Counted from the stretch's first letter, positions 9,445 to 19,520 are shown. The stretch: 64,000 nucleotides of DNA from Paracoccaceae bacterium (GCA_965228905.1 CBDDII010000003.1:2431594-2495593); one strand, 5' to 3'. Notes: a model not told the origin generated them from the letters alone. Program-made: numbers and translations.

Positions 9445-10678
9445 TATCGAACCCGGGATGGACGCCACGCCGCCACGCCCGGAGGTTCCCGTTTCGCTGA
9501 CCGAGCTTGTTTCGGTTCTGGCAATGATGACCGCAACGGTGGCTTTTGCCACGGATGCGATGCTGCCCGCCTTTCCCGAGATCAGTGCGGAACTCAGCCC
9601 CGGAGAACCCAACCGGGTGCAATTGATCATCGCGGCCTTCATGATGGGGCTTGGCTGCGGAACGTTCTTTTCAGGGCCGCTTTCGGATGCCATCGGACGG
9701 CAGCGCGTGGCCGTCGGCGGATCGGTTCTGATCGTGATCTGTGCCTTGATCTCGGCCATCGCACCCAGTCTTGAGATCCTGTTGATCGCGCGTTTCCTGC
9801 AAGGCTTGGGATCGTCCGGCCCACGGGTTGCGGCCATGGCCATCGTGCGCGACCTGTTCCGCGGGCGAGAGATGGCAAAGATCATGAGTTTCATAATCTT
9901 TGCCTTCACCCTTGCCCCCGTCTTTGCCCCCAGCATCGGCTGGGCGCTTTCGGCGGGCTTTGGCTGGCGGGCAATTTTCGTGTCATTCGCCATCTTCACA
10001 ATGATTTCCAGCGGGTGGCTTTTGTTGCGCGTGCCGGAAACGCTGTTGCCCGAGAACAAGCGGGCGTTTCGTCCCGCAATGCTCTGGTCGGGGCTGAAAG
10101 AAATCCTGTCGAACCGGCAGGTCGTCTATGCGACCGGCGCGCAGTCCTTGGTGTTCTCGATCCTCATGACCGCCCTGATGACCAGCCAGCAGGCCTTTGA
10201 AGAGGTGTTTCACCAGGGCGAATATTTCCACCTCTGGTTCGGGTTGATGGCCATTCTTGCGGCGGGCTCGAACCTTGTGAATGCCTCGCTTGTGATGCGG
10301 TTTGGCATGAGGGCGATGGTGAAATGGGCCTTGATCTGTCAGGGCTGTCTGACCTTGATCTTTTTCCTGTTCATGGTTTTGGGCGCCCTGTCGCCGGCGT
10401 GGATCTTTCCCGTCGGCTTTGTCTGGTACACGTCGATCTTCTATCTGGCGGGGTTCGGGATCGGAAACCTCAGTTCCATCGCGATGGAGCCTGTCGGCCA
10501 TATGGCGGGGCTGGCGGCTTCGTTGATCACGGCTGTTGCGACCGTGACCGCGATCTCGATTGCCGCTCCGATCGGGCAGGCGTTCAACGGCACATTGATA
10601 CCGACCTCCATTGGTGTTGGTACCTTGGCGGTGCTGGCCCTGATCCTGGTCTTGAAGATCGACGAGATTGAACCCTAG
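9431..10678 (+). CDS. MFS transporter (Bcr/CflA drug-resistance subfamily-like)
   Basis: A 12-TM profile with the GP(L)SDAIGRQRV MFS signature. Confidence 0.75.
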   Translation: MRVSSIEPGMDATPPRPEVPVSLTELVSVLAMMTATVAFATDAMLPAFPEISAELSPGEPNRVQLIIAAFMMGLGCGTFFSGPLSDAIGRQRVAVGGSVLIVICALISAIAPSLEILLIARFLQGLGSSGPRVAAMAIVRDLFRGREMAKIMSFIIFAFTLAPVFAPSIGWALSAGFGWRAIFVSFAIFTMISSGWLLLRVPETLLPENKRAFRPAMLWSGLKEILSNRQVVYATGAQSLVFSILMTALMTSQQAFEEVFHQGEYFHLWFGLMAILAAGSNLVNASLVMRFGMRAMVKWALICQGCLTLIFFLFMVLGALSPAWIFPVGFVWYTSIFYLAGFGIGNLSSIAMEPVGHMAGLAASLITAVATVTAISIAAPIGQAFNGTLIPTSIGVGTLAVLALILVLKIDEIEP

Positions 10679-11748
10679 TCCGCCGCCCAGTCCGCCGACT
10701 GCATTTCCCGCAGGCGGCTGGCGGTGCGTTCGAATTCAAAACTGCCTTCGCCTTCGATATAAAGCCGCTCGGGCACGTCGGCGGCACTTGCGATCAGGCG
10801 CACGCGGGCTTCGTAGAGGGCGTCGATCAGGGTGACGAAGCGGCGGGCCTGGTTGTAGTTTTCCGAACCGAGGCGCGGGATGTCTTCGAGGATCAGGACA
10901 CGCACGGCTTCGGCGATGGCAAGGTAATCGGCGGGGCCAAGCGGTTGCCCGCAAAGGTCATAGAACCTGGCGCGCGCGACACCTGCGGCAAAGGCGGGCA
11001 GTTCAACCTCCCGCGATTTGATCTTCAGAACAAGGGGAGCCGCCTGGCCATTTGAAAGATCGTCCCAGATGGCGTTGATCGCGGCCACGGCCTCGGCGTC
11101 ATGGGGGTGAAAGTAAACCTGCTCGCCAGCCAGACGATCCTGCCGGTAGTCGCGCGGTGACGCCAGTTCGACCACTTCCATGCGTTCTTTCAGAAGGGCG
11201 ATGAAGGGCAGGAACAGGCTTCGGTTCAGCCCGTTCTTGTAAAGTTCGTCCGGCAGGCGGTTCGAGGTGGTGACGATGGCGACCCCGGCGTTCAGCATCT
11301 GTTCGAACAGGCGCCCGACGATCATTGCATCGGCGATGTCGGTGATCTGCATTTCGTCGAGGCACAAGAGGCGAAGCCCCTCGGCCATGTCGCGAGCCAC
11401 GGGGACAAGGGCGTCGTCCACCTCGGTCTTGCGGGCCTCGTGCAGGCGGGACTGAACCTCTTGCATAAAGGCGTGAAAGTGGATGCGCCGCGAGTGCGTA
11501 CCGCCCGCGACCTCATGGAACATGTCCATCAACATGGATTTCCCGCGCCCGACTCCGCCCCAGAGGTACAGCCCCTGGACCGGTTCGGGCTTCTTGGCGA
11601 AGAACCCGCCGAACCCTTTCTTGGGGGGTGTGGCACTGAGCGCCTCGGCGATCCGGTCGAATTCCGGCAGGACATGGGCCTGCGCGGGGTCGAGTTCCAA
11701 CTCGCCCACGTCGATCCGCGCATGATAGCTGTCGGTCAATACGCCCAT
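10675..11748 (-). CDS. zapE: Cell division protein ZapE (AFG1-family ATPase)
   Basis: A Walker A motif (GGVGRGKSMLMD) with AFG1-like architecture. Confidence 0.85.
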   Translation of the reverse strand: MGVLTDSYHARIDVGELELDPAQAHVLPEFDRIAEALSATPPKKGFGGFFAKKPEPVQGLYLWGGVGRGKSMLMDMFHEVAGGTHSRRIHFHAFMQEVQSRLHEARKTEVDDALVPVARDMAEGLRLLCLDEMQITDIADAMIVGRLFEQMLNAGVAIVTTSNRLPDELYKNGLNRSLFLPFIALLKERMEVVELASPRDYRQDRLAGEQVYFHPHDAEAVAAINAIWDDLSNGQAAPLVLKIKSREVELPAFAAGVARARFYDLCGQPLGPADYLAIAEAVRVLILEDIPRLGSENYNQARRFVTLIDALYEARVRLIASAADVPERLYIEGEGSFEFERTASRLREMQSADWAAD

Positions 11749-11784
11749 GGCGGCTCTGAACCATGCGGACCGGGGCGTTTCAAG

Positions 11785-12915
11785 TCAGTTCTCCGTCCTG
11801 GTGACGTCGTGGCGATAGAGCCAGTCAAAGCGGCCAAGCATGGCACCGGGCGACAATCGGCCAATCGTGCGCAGCACGGTATGCGCCGCAAACCGCATGG
11901 GCGGGAAGCTGATGTGATAATTTCGCGCGTTCTTTGTCGCCGCATCGACGGTGCGGCGCACCCGTTCCACGCGGGTGGTTTGATAGGCCTCCAGCGCTTC
12001 GGGGATGTCGTGGTGTTTCAGGGCCGAGGCCAGAACCCAGGCGTCTTCAAGTGCAAGGTTCGCGCCCTGAGCAAGGAAGGGCAGCGTGGGATGGGCGGCG
12101 TCGCCGAGGATCACCTGCCGCCCCTGCCCCCATGTGCGGGCAACGGGATGGCGGAACAGACCCCAAAGGTGGACGGTTTCCACCTTTTCAAGCCAGTTCT
12201 GCACGCGGGGAGAGAACCGCGCGAAAGCGGCACGCAGGTTTTCTGGTCTGTCCTCGATGCTCCAGCCCTCGTCCGCCCATTGGGTACGTTCCTCGACGGC
12301 AACGATATTGCGCAACCCATTTGCCAGGGGATAGCTGACCAGATGGCGGCCCGGCCCCATGTGGACTTCTGCCCAGGGGTTCGGATCGGGTTCGGGGATC
12401 AGCGCCCGCCAGGCAACCTGATGGGTGAAGAATGGCGTGACGCTTGGGTTCAGGATTTGCCGAACGCCGGAGTGCAGGCCGTCCGCTCCAACCAAAAGAT
12501 CGTCACCTTCCAATGCCGCGCCGCCGCCTGGGGCAATGATCTCGCGCCCCGTCTCGATGCGGACCCCGGCGGAGCGGGCCGCCCCCTCCAACAGTTCGAT
12601 CAGACGGGCACGATGAACGAAGGCCCATGAAAGGTCACCGGCATCCTTTGCAAGATCCAGCGTCGTCACCGCCCGACCGCTCATCCCGTCGATCAGTTTT
12701 ACGGCCTGTGCGCGGATCGAAACGGCCTCCAGCGCAGCCCCGAGGCCAAGGGCGTCGATCACGGCACGGCCATTCGGGCTGATCTGAAGCCCCGCGCCCA
12801 CTTCTGAAATCTCGTCGGCGCGTTCGGCAATCGTCACGTTGTGCCCATCACGCTGGAGGGCGATGGCGGCGCTTAGTCCGCCGATCCCGGCCCCCGCAAT
12901 CGTGATCTTCAATCC
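11785..12915 (-). CDS. FAD-dependent monooxygenase (salicylate-hydroxylase/UbiH-like)
   Basis: The Rossmann GAGIGGLSAA motif is followed by monooxygenase motifs. The start is at MGLKITIAGAG. Confidence 0.8.
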   Translation of the reverse strand, partial: GLKITIAGAGIGGLSAAIALQRDGHNVTIAERADEISEVGAGLQISPNGRAVIDALGLGAALEAVSIRAQAVKLIDGMSGRAVTTLDLAKDAGDLSWAFVHRARLIELLEGAARSAGVRIETGREIIAPGGGAALEGDDLLVGADGLHSGVRQILNPSVTPFFTHQVAWRALIPEPDPNPWAEVHMGPGRHLVSYPLANGLRNIVAVEERTQWADEGWSIEDRPENLRAAFARFSPRVQNWLEKVETVHLWGLFRHPVARTWGQGRQVILGDAAHPTLPFLAQGANLALEDAWVLASALKHHDIPEALEAYQTTRVERVRRTVDAATKNARNYHISFPPMRFAAHTVLRTIGRLSPGAMLGRFDWLYRHDVTRTEN

Positions 12916-12931
12916 CATCTGACCCTCGGAC

Positions 12932-12965
12932 AAAAAAGCCCGCCCAGAGCATCCTCGGGGCGGGC
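12932..12965 (-). terminator. Rho-independent terminator of dksA (GCCCGCCC-12 nt loop-GGGCGGGC followed by a U6 run on the minus strand)
   Basis: The stem and T-tract are visible directly 3' of dksA. Confidence 0.6.
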
Positions 12966-12987
12966 CGGAATTTCTAACGCGGGCGCA

Positions 12988-13407
12988 TCAGTCGTCCCGG
13001 TGGACTTTTTCCGCGCGCTCGTGGCGTTCCTGCGCTTCGAGGCTCAGCGTCGCGATCGGACGGGCATCGAGGCGTCTGAGCGAAATCGGCTCGCCCGTTT
13101 CTTCGCAATAGCCATACTCGCCCTCGTCGATCCGCCGGATCGCGGCGTCGATCTTGGACACCAGCTTGCGCTGACGGTCACGGGTGCGCAGTTCAAGCGC
13201 ACGATCCGTCTCTTCGCTGGCGCGGTCGGCGATGTCGGGAATGTTGCGGGTGGTCTGCTGAAGCTCTTCGATGGTGCTTTTGCTGTCGTCCAGAAGTTCA
13301 GCCTTCCAGTTCAGCAGCTTCCGGCGAAAATACTGAAGCTGCCGGTCGTTCATGAAAGGTTCGTCTTCGGCAGGGCGATAGTCGTCGTCAATACTGACTT
13401 CGGCGTT
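12988..13407 (-). CDS. dksA: RNA polymerase-binding transcription factor DksA
   Basis: A coiled-coil region followed by a C4 zinc finger, spelled CETGEPISLRRL. The start could be the upstream ATG at 13449 instead. Confidence 0.8.
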   Translation of the reverse strand, partial: NAEVSIDDDYRPAEDEPFMNDRQLQYFRRKLLNWKAELLDDSKSTIEELQQTTRNIPDIADRASEETDRALELRTRDRQRKLVSKIDAAIRRIDEGEYGYCEETGEPISLRRLDARPIATLSLEAQERHERAEKVHRDD

Positions 13408-13606
13408 CATCTTGGATCCCTTTTTTTTCATTCTAAACATCCCGGGCAAGGGGACTGGTCAACAGTGCTCGGCCGTTCTAGCGCCTCTGTTGTGGCGGGG
13501 GATACCCGATCCTTTTCAGCTTGTCACTACACGATGTGTGACCCTTGAAGGGGAAATATGTCCAAGTTAGGGTCAGCCGTCCCAAAACCGGAAAAATGAG
13601 GCAGTC

Positions 13607-14446
13607 ATGAGGTTTAAGAGCACCGAGGGTTACATCGCGTCAGACGATCTGGCCGTTGCGGTCAATGCCGCGATCCTTCTGGAGCGCCCTCTTCTGGTCA
13701 AAGGCGAGCCGGGAACGGGCAAGACCGAACTGGCCCGACAGGTGGCAAATTCGCTTGGTCTTCAGATGATCGAATGGCATGTCAAATCGACGACCCGTGC
13801 CGCGCAGGGGCTTTATGAATACGATGCCGTCAGCCGGTTGCGCGACAGCCAGTTGGGTGACGGGAAAGTCGAAGATATCAAGGCCTATATCAAGCGCGGC
13901 AAGCTTTGGGACGCTTTCGAGACCGATGAGCGGGTCGTTCTTCTGATCGACGAGATCGACAAGGCCGACATCGAGTTTCCGAACGACCTTTTGCAAGAAC
14001 TCGACCGGATGGAATTTCACGTCTACGAAACCGGTGAAACGATCCGTGCGAAACATCGCCCGATCGTGATCATCACCTCGAACAACGAAAAGGAATTGCC
14101 CGATGCCTTCCTGCGCCGGTGCTTCTTTCACTACATCCAGTTTCCCGACATGGAGGTTCTGAAGGCCATCGTCGACGTGCATTTTCCGGGCATTAAAGAC
14201 CGCCTGTTAACCACTGCGTTAACACAGTTTTTCGAAATCAGGGACACTCCGGGACTGAAAAAGAAACCGTCGACGTCCGAGGTTCTGGACTGGCTCAAGC
14301 TGATTCTGGCCGAGGATATGGACCCGGAAGATCTGGCGCGCGATGGCAAGGACAGCCTGCCGAAACTGCATGGTGCCCTGCTGAAGAACGAACAGGACGT
14401 GGCCCTGTTTGAGCGTTTGGCCTTCATGTCGCGCGGCGGTCGGTGA
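13607..14446 (+). CDS. MoxR-like AAA+ ATPase (AAA_5; CbbQ/NorQ/CoxD-like)
   Basis: It has Walker A (GEPGTGKTELAR), Walker B (LLIDEIDKA) and sensor motifs. Confidence 0.8.
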   Translation: MRFKSTEGYIASDDLAVAVNAAILLERPLLVKGEPGTGKTELARQVANSLGLQMIEWHVKSTTRAAQGLYEYDAVSRLRDSQLGDGKVEDIKAYIKRGKLWDAFETDERVVLLIDEIDKADIEFPNDLLQELDRMEFHVYETGETIRAKHRPIVIITSNNEKELPDAFLRRCFFHYIQFPDMEVLKAIVDVHFPGIKDRLLTTALTQFFEIRDTPGLKKKPSTSEVLDWLKLILAEDMDPEDLARDGKDSLPKLHGALLKNEQDVALFERLAFMSRGGR

Positions 14447-14481
14447 TGATGCCCCAAGATGCGCGGCGGTTCTAAGCGCCC

Positions 14482-15381
14482 ATGCTCCAGGTCCTGACTC
14501 ACAACATTCTGCCGGTGTTCGCCATGCTGGCCCTTGGCTTTGTCATGGGCCGTGTTGGCACGGCCAAGCAGGACGAAGCGCGCGCCCTGAACCGCATTGC
14601 CTTTCTTGTCCTGCAACCGCCGTTGATCTTCATTCTTCTTACCGGTCTTGATCTTCCAACGATCCGGCTGGACGCCATCGGGCTTTATGCGGCGGTCGAG
14701 GTCGTGGCGTTCCTGACGACTTTCACGCTATGTCGCAAGCTGTTCGGTTGCGAAAGGGACGAAGCCTTTCTGTTGGGGATGTGCGTCGTCTTCGTGAATT
14801 CGCTTTTGTATATCTGGCCGATTTCGGCGCTGATCTATGGTGACGAAGGCGCCCTGCCGATTGCGGCCATCGTGGCGATGGATGCTTCCATCTCATTCGC
14901 GTTTTTCATCATCGGAATCGAGCTGATCGCGGGGAAAGGCGGGGCCGCCTCTGCCCTGCCCCGGATCATCCGCAACCCGATCCTGATCACCATCATCCTG
15001 TCGCTTGTTGTAAACCTTTCGGGCGTTCCAATCCCCGAGCCGATCATGACCGCGGCCCGGTTCGCAGGTGCCGCTGCCGCACCAATGACGCTCTTTGCCA
15101 TGGGCGTGGTGTTGTCCTCGCATTCCGTCGTTCCAAGCCTGCCGGTCGCTGGCGTCTCGGCCATGAAACTGGTGATCTTCCCTGTGCTTTTGTGGCTGGC
15201 TTTCGAAGTCGCCTCGCCCGAGAATCCCTGGAAAGGTCTGTTCATCCTTTGCGCGGCGGGGCCATCCGGGGCGATGGCGTTTTCGCTGGCCCTACTGCAC
15301 GGCGTGCGCACCGACAGGATCGCGCCGGTCATCATCTGGACCAGCCTGATTTCGCTATTGTCGCTGGCGTGGCTGGCGTGA
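14482..15381 (+). CDS. AEC-family (auxin efflux carrier) transporter
   Basis: A 10-TM two-repeat profile typical of AEC/malate-permease-like proteins. Confidence 0.75.
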   Translation: MLQVLTHNILPVFAMLALGFVMGRVGTAKQDEARALNRIAFLVLQPPLIFILLTGLDLPTIRLDAIGLYAAVEVVAFLTTFTLCRKLFGCERDEAFLLGMCVVFVNSLLYIWPISALIYGDEGALPIAAIVAMDASISFAFFIIGIELIAGKGGAASALPRIIRNPILITIILSLVVNLSGVPIPEPIMTAARFAGAAAAPMTLFAMGVVLSSHSVVPSLPVAGVSAMKLVIFPVLLWLAFEVASPENPWKGLFILCAAGPSGAMAFSLALLHGVRTDRIAPVIIWTSLISLLSLAWLA

Positions 15382-15427
15382 TGGCACGCTCTGGCATCCC
15401 ATTTGCAACCGGTTTAGGGTCGCGCCG

Positions 15428-15874
15428 ATGACGTGCCTTGTCCGCCCCCTGAGAGAAGAAGACGCCCCCCATTGGCGGCGGCTCTGGACGGCGTATCTGG
15501 AGTTTTACGAGGCCGAAGTCAGCGAAGAAATCTATGCCTCATCCTTCGCGCGTCTGCTTGGTGACGACCCCCAGGATTTCCACGGATTGATCGCCGAAGT
15601 GGACGGCACGCCGGTCGGCCTGACGCATTACCTGTTTCACCGACACGGATGGAAGATCGAGAACATCTGCTACCTGCAAGACCTCTATGCCGACCCTTCC
15701 GTGCGTGGCCAGGGCGTGGGCCGGGCGCTGATCGAGGCGGTTTACAAGGCAGCAGACGAAGCCGGCGCACCCTCTGTCTATTGGAACACCCAGCACTTCA
15801 ACGAAACCGCGCGGAGACTTTATGACCGTATTGGCGTCGAGACGCCGTTTATCAAGTACAGGCGGCCCGAATGA
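15428..15874 (+). CDS. GNAT-family N-acetyltransferase
   Basis: It has the acetyl-CoA binding motif (RGQGVGRALIEAV). Confidence 0.75.
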   Translation: MTCLVRPLREEDAPHWRRLWTAYLEFYEAEVSEEIYASSFARLLGDDPQDFHGLIAEVDGTPVGLTHYLFHRHGWKIENICYLQDLYADPSVRGQGVGRALIEAVYKAADEAGAPSVYWNTQHFNETARRLYDRIGVETPFIKYRRPE

Positions 15875-17238
15875 TCCGGGCTGTCGGGATGATCGCCGCG
15901 CTTTTGCTTTCGGCCTGTACGAGCGGTGAAACCAGCCGTTTGGACAGTTCGGCCGCCTCCCTTCCCCCGATGCGCGTCTTTTCTGAGATGCGCAAGGCCC
16001 CGCCACGGGTGTCGAACGCCGTGATCGCGCGGGATTTCCTGGACCTTGCCTTCGAGTTGGAAAGCGGACGGCGGCTGAGGGCCTTCAGCCGTTTCGAAGG
16101 ACCGGTGACCGTGGGCGTTCGCGGACGTGCGCCAAAGACGATGCAGCGCGATCTGGACCGGTTGCTTCAACGCCTGAGGACGGAAGCGCGGATCGAGATC
16201 CGCCGTGCCAGACCGGGCGAAACACCTTCGATCATGGTCGAGGCGGTTCCGCTGGCCGAATTGCAGCGCGCGGCCCCCACGGCGGCCTGCATCGTGCGCC
16301 CGAATGTTTCAAGTTGGGATGACTTCCGCTCAAGCCGGAACGACCCCGACACCGCCTGGCCGAACCTTGTCGAGCGACGCCAGATGGCGGTGTTCCTGCC
16401 GGGCGACGAGTCGCCTCAGGAAATCCGCGACTGCCTGCACGAGGAGATCGCCCAAGCCCTTGGCCCGGTGAACGATCTGTTCCGCTTGAACGACAGCATC
16501 TTCAACGACGACAATTTCCATTCCGTCCTGACCGGCTATGACATGCTGATCCTGAGAGCGCATTACGATCCCGCGCTCAAGGCTGGCATGTCGCCTGCCG
16601 AGGTTGCAGCGCGGCTTCCCGGCATCCTGGCCCGCATCAATCCCCGTGGCGGCCGTGGCGGCATCGCCCCGCCGCCGCCCCGGTCGGTGAACTGGACCCG
16701 CACGATCACGACCGCGATGGACAAGCGCACCCCGCGCCAGCGCCGCCGCCTTGCCGCCGAACGCGCCGTGGCCCTTGCCGCACTCAATGGCGGGACCGGC
16801 GACCAACTGGCGTTGTCCTATTACTGGCTGGGTCGGCTCAGCCTTGCCAGCGATCCCGAACGCGCCCTGAAGGCCTTTCTGGAAGCGCGACGTCTTTACG
16901 GCCAGCGTGCGAGCACAAGGACGCAGCGTGCGCAGGTCGATCTGCAACTTGCGGCCTTCCAGCTTTCCATCGGCAATGCCGCCGAAGCCGTCCGGTTGGT
17001 CGATGACAACCTTGCCGCGACGCGACGGGGCGAGAACGCGGTGCTCTTGTCGCTGTTCCTGTTCGTGAAGGCCGAGGCGCTGGCGCTGGAAGGCCGCGCC
17101 GAGGCCTCGGCGCGGGTACAGCGCGACGCCCTGGCCTGGGCGCGTTACGGCTTTGGCAGCGACGCGCAGGTCCGCGAACGCGCCGCCGAAATCCTTGCCA
17201 TTTCCCCACGATCCCGGACCAGCGGAGGTGCTGCATGA
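15871..17238 (+). CDS. Lipoprotein of unknown function (possibly DUF2927-like) with a C-terminal helical/TPR-like region
   Basis: There is a lipobox (LLLSACTSG). The N-terminal region has weak HEEIAQALG-like conservation, which I cannot confirm. The C-terminal 150 aa are an Ala/Leu-rich helical-repeat region. Confidence 0.55.
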   Translation: MIRAVGMIAALLLSACTSGETSRLDSSAASLPPMRVFSEMRKAPPRVSNAVIARDFLDLAFELESGRRLRAFSRFEGPVTVGVRGRAPKTMQRDLDRLLQRLRTEARIEIRRARPGETPSIMVEAVPLAELQRAAPTAACIVRPNVSSWDDFRSSRNDPDTAWPNLVERRQMAVFLPGDESPQEIRDCLHEEIAQALGPVNDLFRLNDSIFNDDNFHSVLTGYDMLILRAHYDPALKAGMSPAEVAARLPGILARINPRGGRGGIAPPPPRSVNWTRTITTAMDKRTPRQRRRLAAERAVALAALNGGTGDQLALSYYWLGRLSLASDPERALKAFLEARRLYGQRASTRTQRAQVDLQLAAFQLSIGNAAEAVRLVDDNLAATRRGENAVLLSLFLFVKAEALALEGRAEASARVQRDALAWARYGFGSDAQVRERAAEILAISPRSRTSGGAA

Positions 17239-17402
17239 TCGTTATCGTTTTTGCCATTCTGGGTATCTTCCTGGGCCTGCGGGCTGCACGTAAACGCAGC
17301 GGAAACCGTCTGGACATGCTGCAATACGCCACCGGTTACGGCATCGCCTTCACCCTTCTTGGCGTCTTCGCAACCCTGATGATCGACAAGCTGGCGGGCT
17401 GA
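17235..17402 (+). CDS. 55-aa two-TM micro-membrane protein overlapping both neighbours (ATGA / TGATG)
   Basis: The product is MIVIVFAILGIFLGLRAARKRSGNRLDMLQYATGYGIAFTLLGVFATLMIDKLAG. It is not in the ORF track, and both ends are translationally coupled to the flanking genes. Confidence 0.4.
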   Translation: MIVIVFAILGIFLGLRAARKRSGNRLDMLQYATGYGIAFTLLGVFATLMIDKLAG

Positions 17403-18586
17403 TGTTCCTGAGGTTCTTCGAAACCTTGAGGGCGCACGGGGTTCCGGCCTCGCCCCGTGAATTCCTGTCGTTCCTTGCCGCCATCGACACCGGCCTTGTC
17501 ACATACGACATCGACGGATTCTATGTGCTGGCACGTGCAACCCTTGTGAAACACGAAGCCCACCTTGACCGGTTCGACCGCGCCTTCGCCGCCGCTTTCG
17601 AAGGGCTGGCGCAAATCCAGGTATCCGACATGATCGAAGCGTTGGACCTGCCCGAAGACTGGCTGACCAAGCTGGCCGAAAACCACCTGAGCGACGCGGA
17701 AAAGGCCGAAATCGAAGCCTTGGGCGGTTTCGACAAGCTGATGGAAACCCTGAAAGAACGCCTGAAGGAACAGGAAAAGCGCCACCAGGGCGGCTCGAAG
17801 TGGATCGGCACGGCAGGCACCTCGCCCTTTGGAGCCTATGGCTATAACCCCGAGGGGGTCCGGATCGGCCAGGACACGTCGCGCCACCAGCGCGCGGTCA
17901 AGGTCTGGGACAAACGCCAGTTCCGCGATCTGGACGACACGCGCGAAATCGGCACGCGCACGATCAAGGTGGCCCTGAAACGCCTGCGCCAATGGGCGCG
18001 CGAAGGGGCGGCGGACGAATTGGACCTTGACGGCACGATCCGCGCGACAGCGGAACACGGATACCTTGACGTCAAGACCCGCCCCGAGCGGCGCAACGCC
18101 GTGCGCGTGCTACTGCTGCTGGACGTGGGCGGCTCGATGGACCCCTATGTGCAGATGGTGGAAGAGCTGTTTTCCGCCGCGCGGACCGAGTTCAAGCACC
18201 TCGACCACTTCTATTTCCACAACTGCCTTTACGAAGGTCTCTGGCGCGAAAACGCCCGTCGCTGGAATGCCCGTACACCGACATGGGACGTGCTGAACCG
18301 GTTCAATTCCGGCTGGAAGTGCATCTTTGTCGGCGATGCGTCGATGAGCCCCTATGAAATCGCGATCCCCGGCGGCGCGAATGAGCACTGGAACGAGGAA
18401 TCCGGAGAAACCTGGCTGAGGCGAGCCGTGGCGCAATGGCCCGACACGCTCTGGATCAACCCGGTGCCAGAGGCGCATTGGCAATACACCCAGTCGATCA
18501 ACATGGTCCGTCAGATCATCGGGCCGGAAAGGATGGTGCCCTTGACGCTGGAAGGGCTGACGCGCGGGATGCGGGTATTGGGATGA
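17402..18586 (+). CDS. VWA domain protein (CoxE-like), expected partner of MoxR ATPases
   Basis: The C-terminal vWFA domain (LLLDVGGSMDPYV…CIFVGDASMS) carries a MIDAS-like DxGGS motif. Confidence 0.8.
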   Translation: MFLRFFETLRAHGVPASPREFLSFLAAIDTGLVTYDIDGFYVLARATLVKHEAHLDRFDRAFAAAFEGLAQIQVSDMIEALDLPEDWLTKLAENHLSDAEKAEIEALGGFDKLMETLKERLKEQEKRHQGGSKWIGTAGTSPFGAYGYNPEGVRIGQDTSRHQRAVKVWDKRQFRDLDDTREIGTRTIKVALKRLRQWAREGAADELDLDGTIRATAEHGYLDVKTRPERRNAVRVLLLLDVGGSMDPYVQMVEELFSAARTEFKHLDHFYFHNCLYEGLWRENARRWNARTPTWDVLNRFNSGWKCIFVGDASMSPYEIAIPGGANEHWNEESGETWLRRAVAQWPDTLWINPVPEAHWQYTQSINMVRQIIGPERMVPLTLEGLTRGMRVLG

Positions 18587-18921
18587 AACGGCTCGCCGCA
18601 ATATGGCGGCACAATCGCCTGTTGGTACTTGCCTTTCTCGTCGCCCTTTCGCTTGCCGTGTTCTTTGGTCTTGGCGCCCTTCGTCATGCGCATGATTTCA
18701 AGACCATTCCCGACCAGACGATCCAGGGCTGGATGACGCCGCGCTATGTCTCGCACAGTTGGGACTTGCCGCGCGACACCATGATCGAGACGCTTGACCT
18801 GCAACCGGAAAGCGGGCGTTTCACGCTGGAAGAATTGGCCGAGGACCGGGGCATTCCCGTCGCAGTGCTGATCGAACGGATCGAAGCCGCGATTACCAGG
18901 CATCGGGCGGCGCACCATTGA
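18583..18921 (+). CDS. Hypothetical single-TM membrane protein
   Basis: An ATGA overlap with the VWA gene stop. It has an N-terminal TM helix (LVLAFLVALSLAVFFGLGAL). Confidence 0.5.
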   Translation: MKRLAAIWRHNRLLVLAFLVALSLAVFFGLGALRHAHDFKTIPDQTIQGWMTPRYVSHSWDLPRDTMIETLDLQPESGRFTLEELAEDRGIPVAVLIERIEAAITRHRAAHH

Positions 18922-19520
18922 CCGAGACGTTTCTGGCAATCGTGGCAACTTACGGCATTGCAGCCGTTGCCGCCTCGGCCTTTCTGTCCTGCCTTCTGGT
19001 CCCGATCCCGACCGCGATCGTCATGCTGGCAGGCGGGGCCTTTGCCGCTTCGGGCGATCTTGCGCTTTACCAGGTGCTGGGTGCGGCATGGCTTGGGGCC
19101 GTGGTGGGCGATCAGGTCGGCTTTCGCCTCGGCCAGCGACTTGGGCCGGTGGCGCTGGAGCGGCTGGCGCGGAAACCGAAACCCAAGGCGGCGATGGAGC
19201 GTGCCCGGAACATGCTCGAACGCTATGGCGGCATATCCGTTTTCTTTTCGACCTGGGCCGTGGCCCCCCTTGGGCCATATGTCAACTTTGCTGCCGGGGC
19301 TGGCGGGCTGAATGCAGTACGTTTCACCCTTTGGGATGCGGCAGGCGAAGCGATCTGGGTCGGCTTCTACGTGCTGGCGGGCTTTGCCTTCGCCGCCGAG
19401 ATCACGAGCCTTGCCAGTATCCTCAGCAATGCTGCCGGTTTCGTCGCCGCCGGTGTCGTGGCGGTGATCCTGGGGTACGCCCTGTTCAGGCAACTTCGTC
19501 ATGGCCCCAAGGAAGGCTGA
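18918..19520 (+). CDS. DedA/VTT-domain (SNARE-associated) membrane protein
   Basis: A DedA-like membrane profile. It overlaps the upstream ORF by 4 bp. Confidence 0.7.
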   Translation: MTETFLAIVATYGIAAVAASAFLSCLLVPIPTAIVMLAGGAFAASGDLALYQVLGAAWLGAVVGDQVGFRLGQRLGPVALERLARKPKPKAAMERARNMLERYGGISVFFSTWAVAPLGPYVNFAAGAGGLNAVRFTLWDAAGEAIWVGFYVLAGFAFAAEITSLASILSNAAGFVAAGVVAVILGYALFRQLRHGPKEG

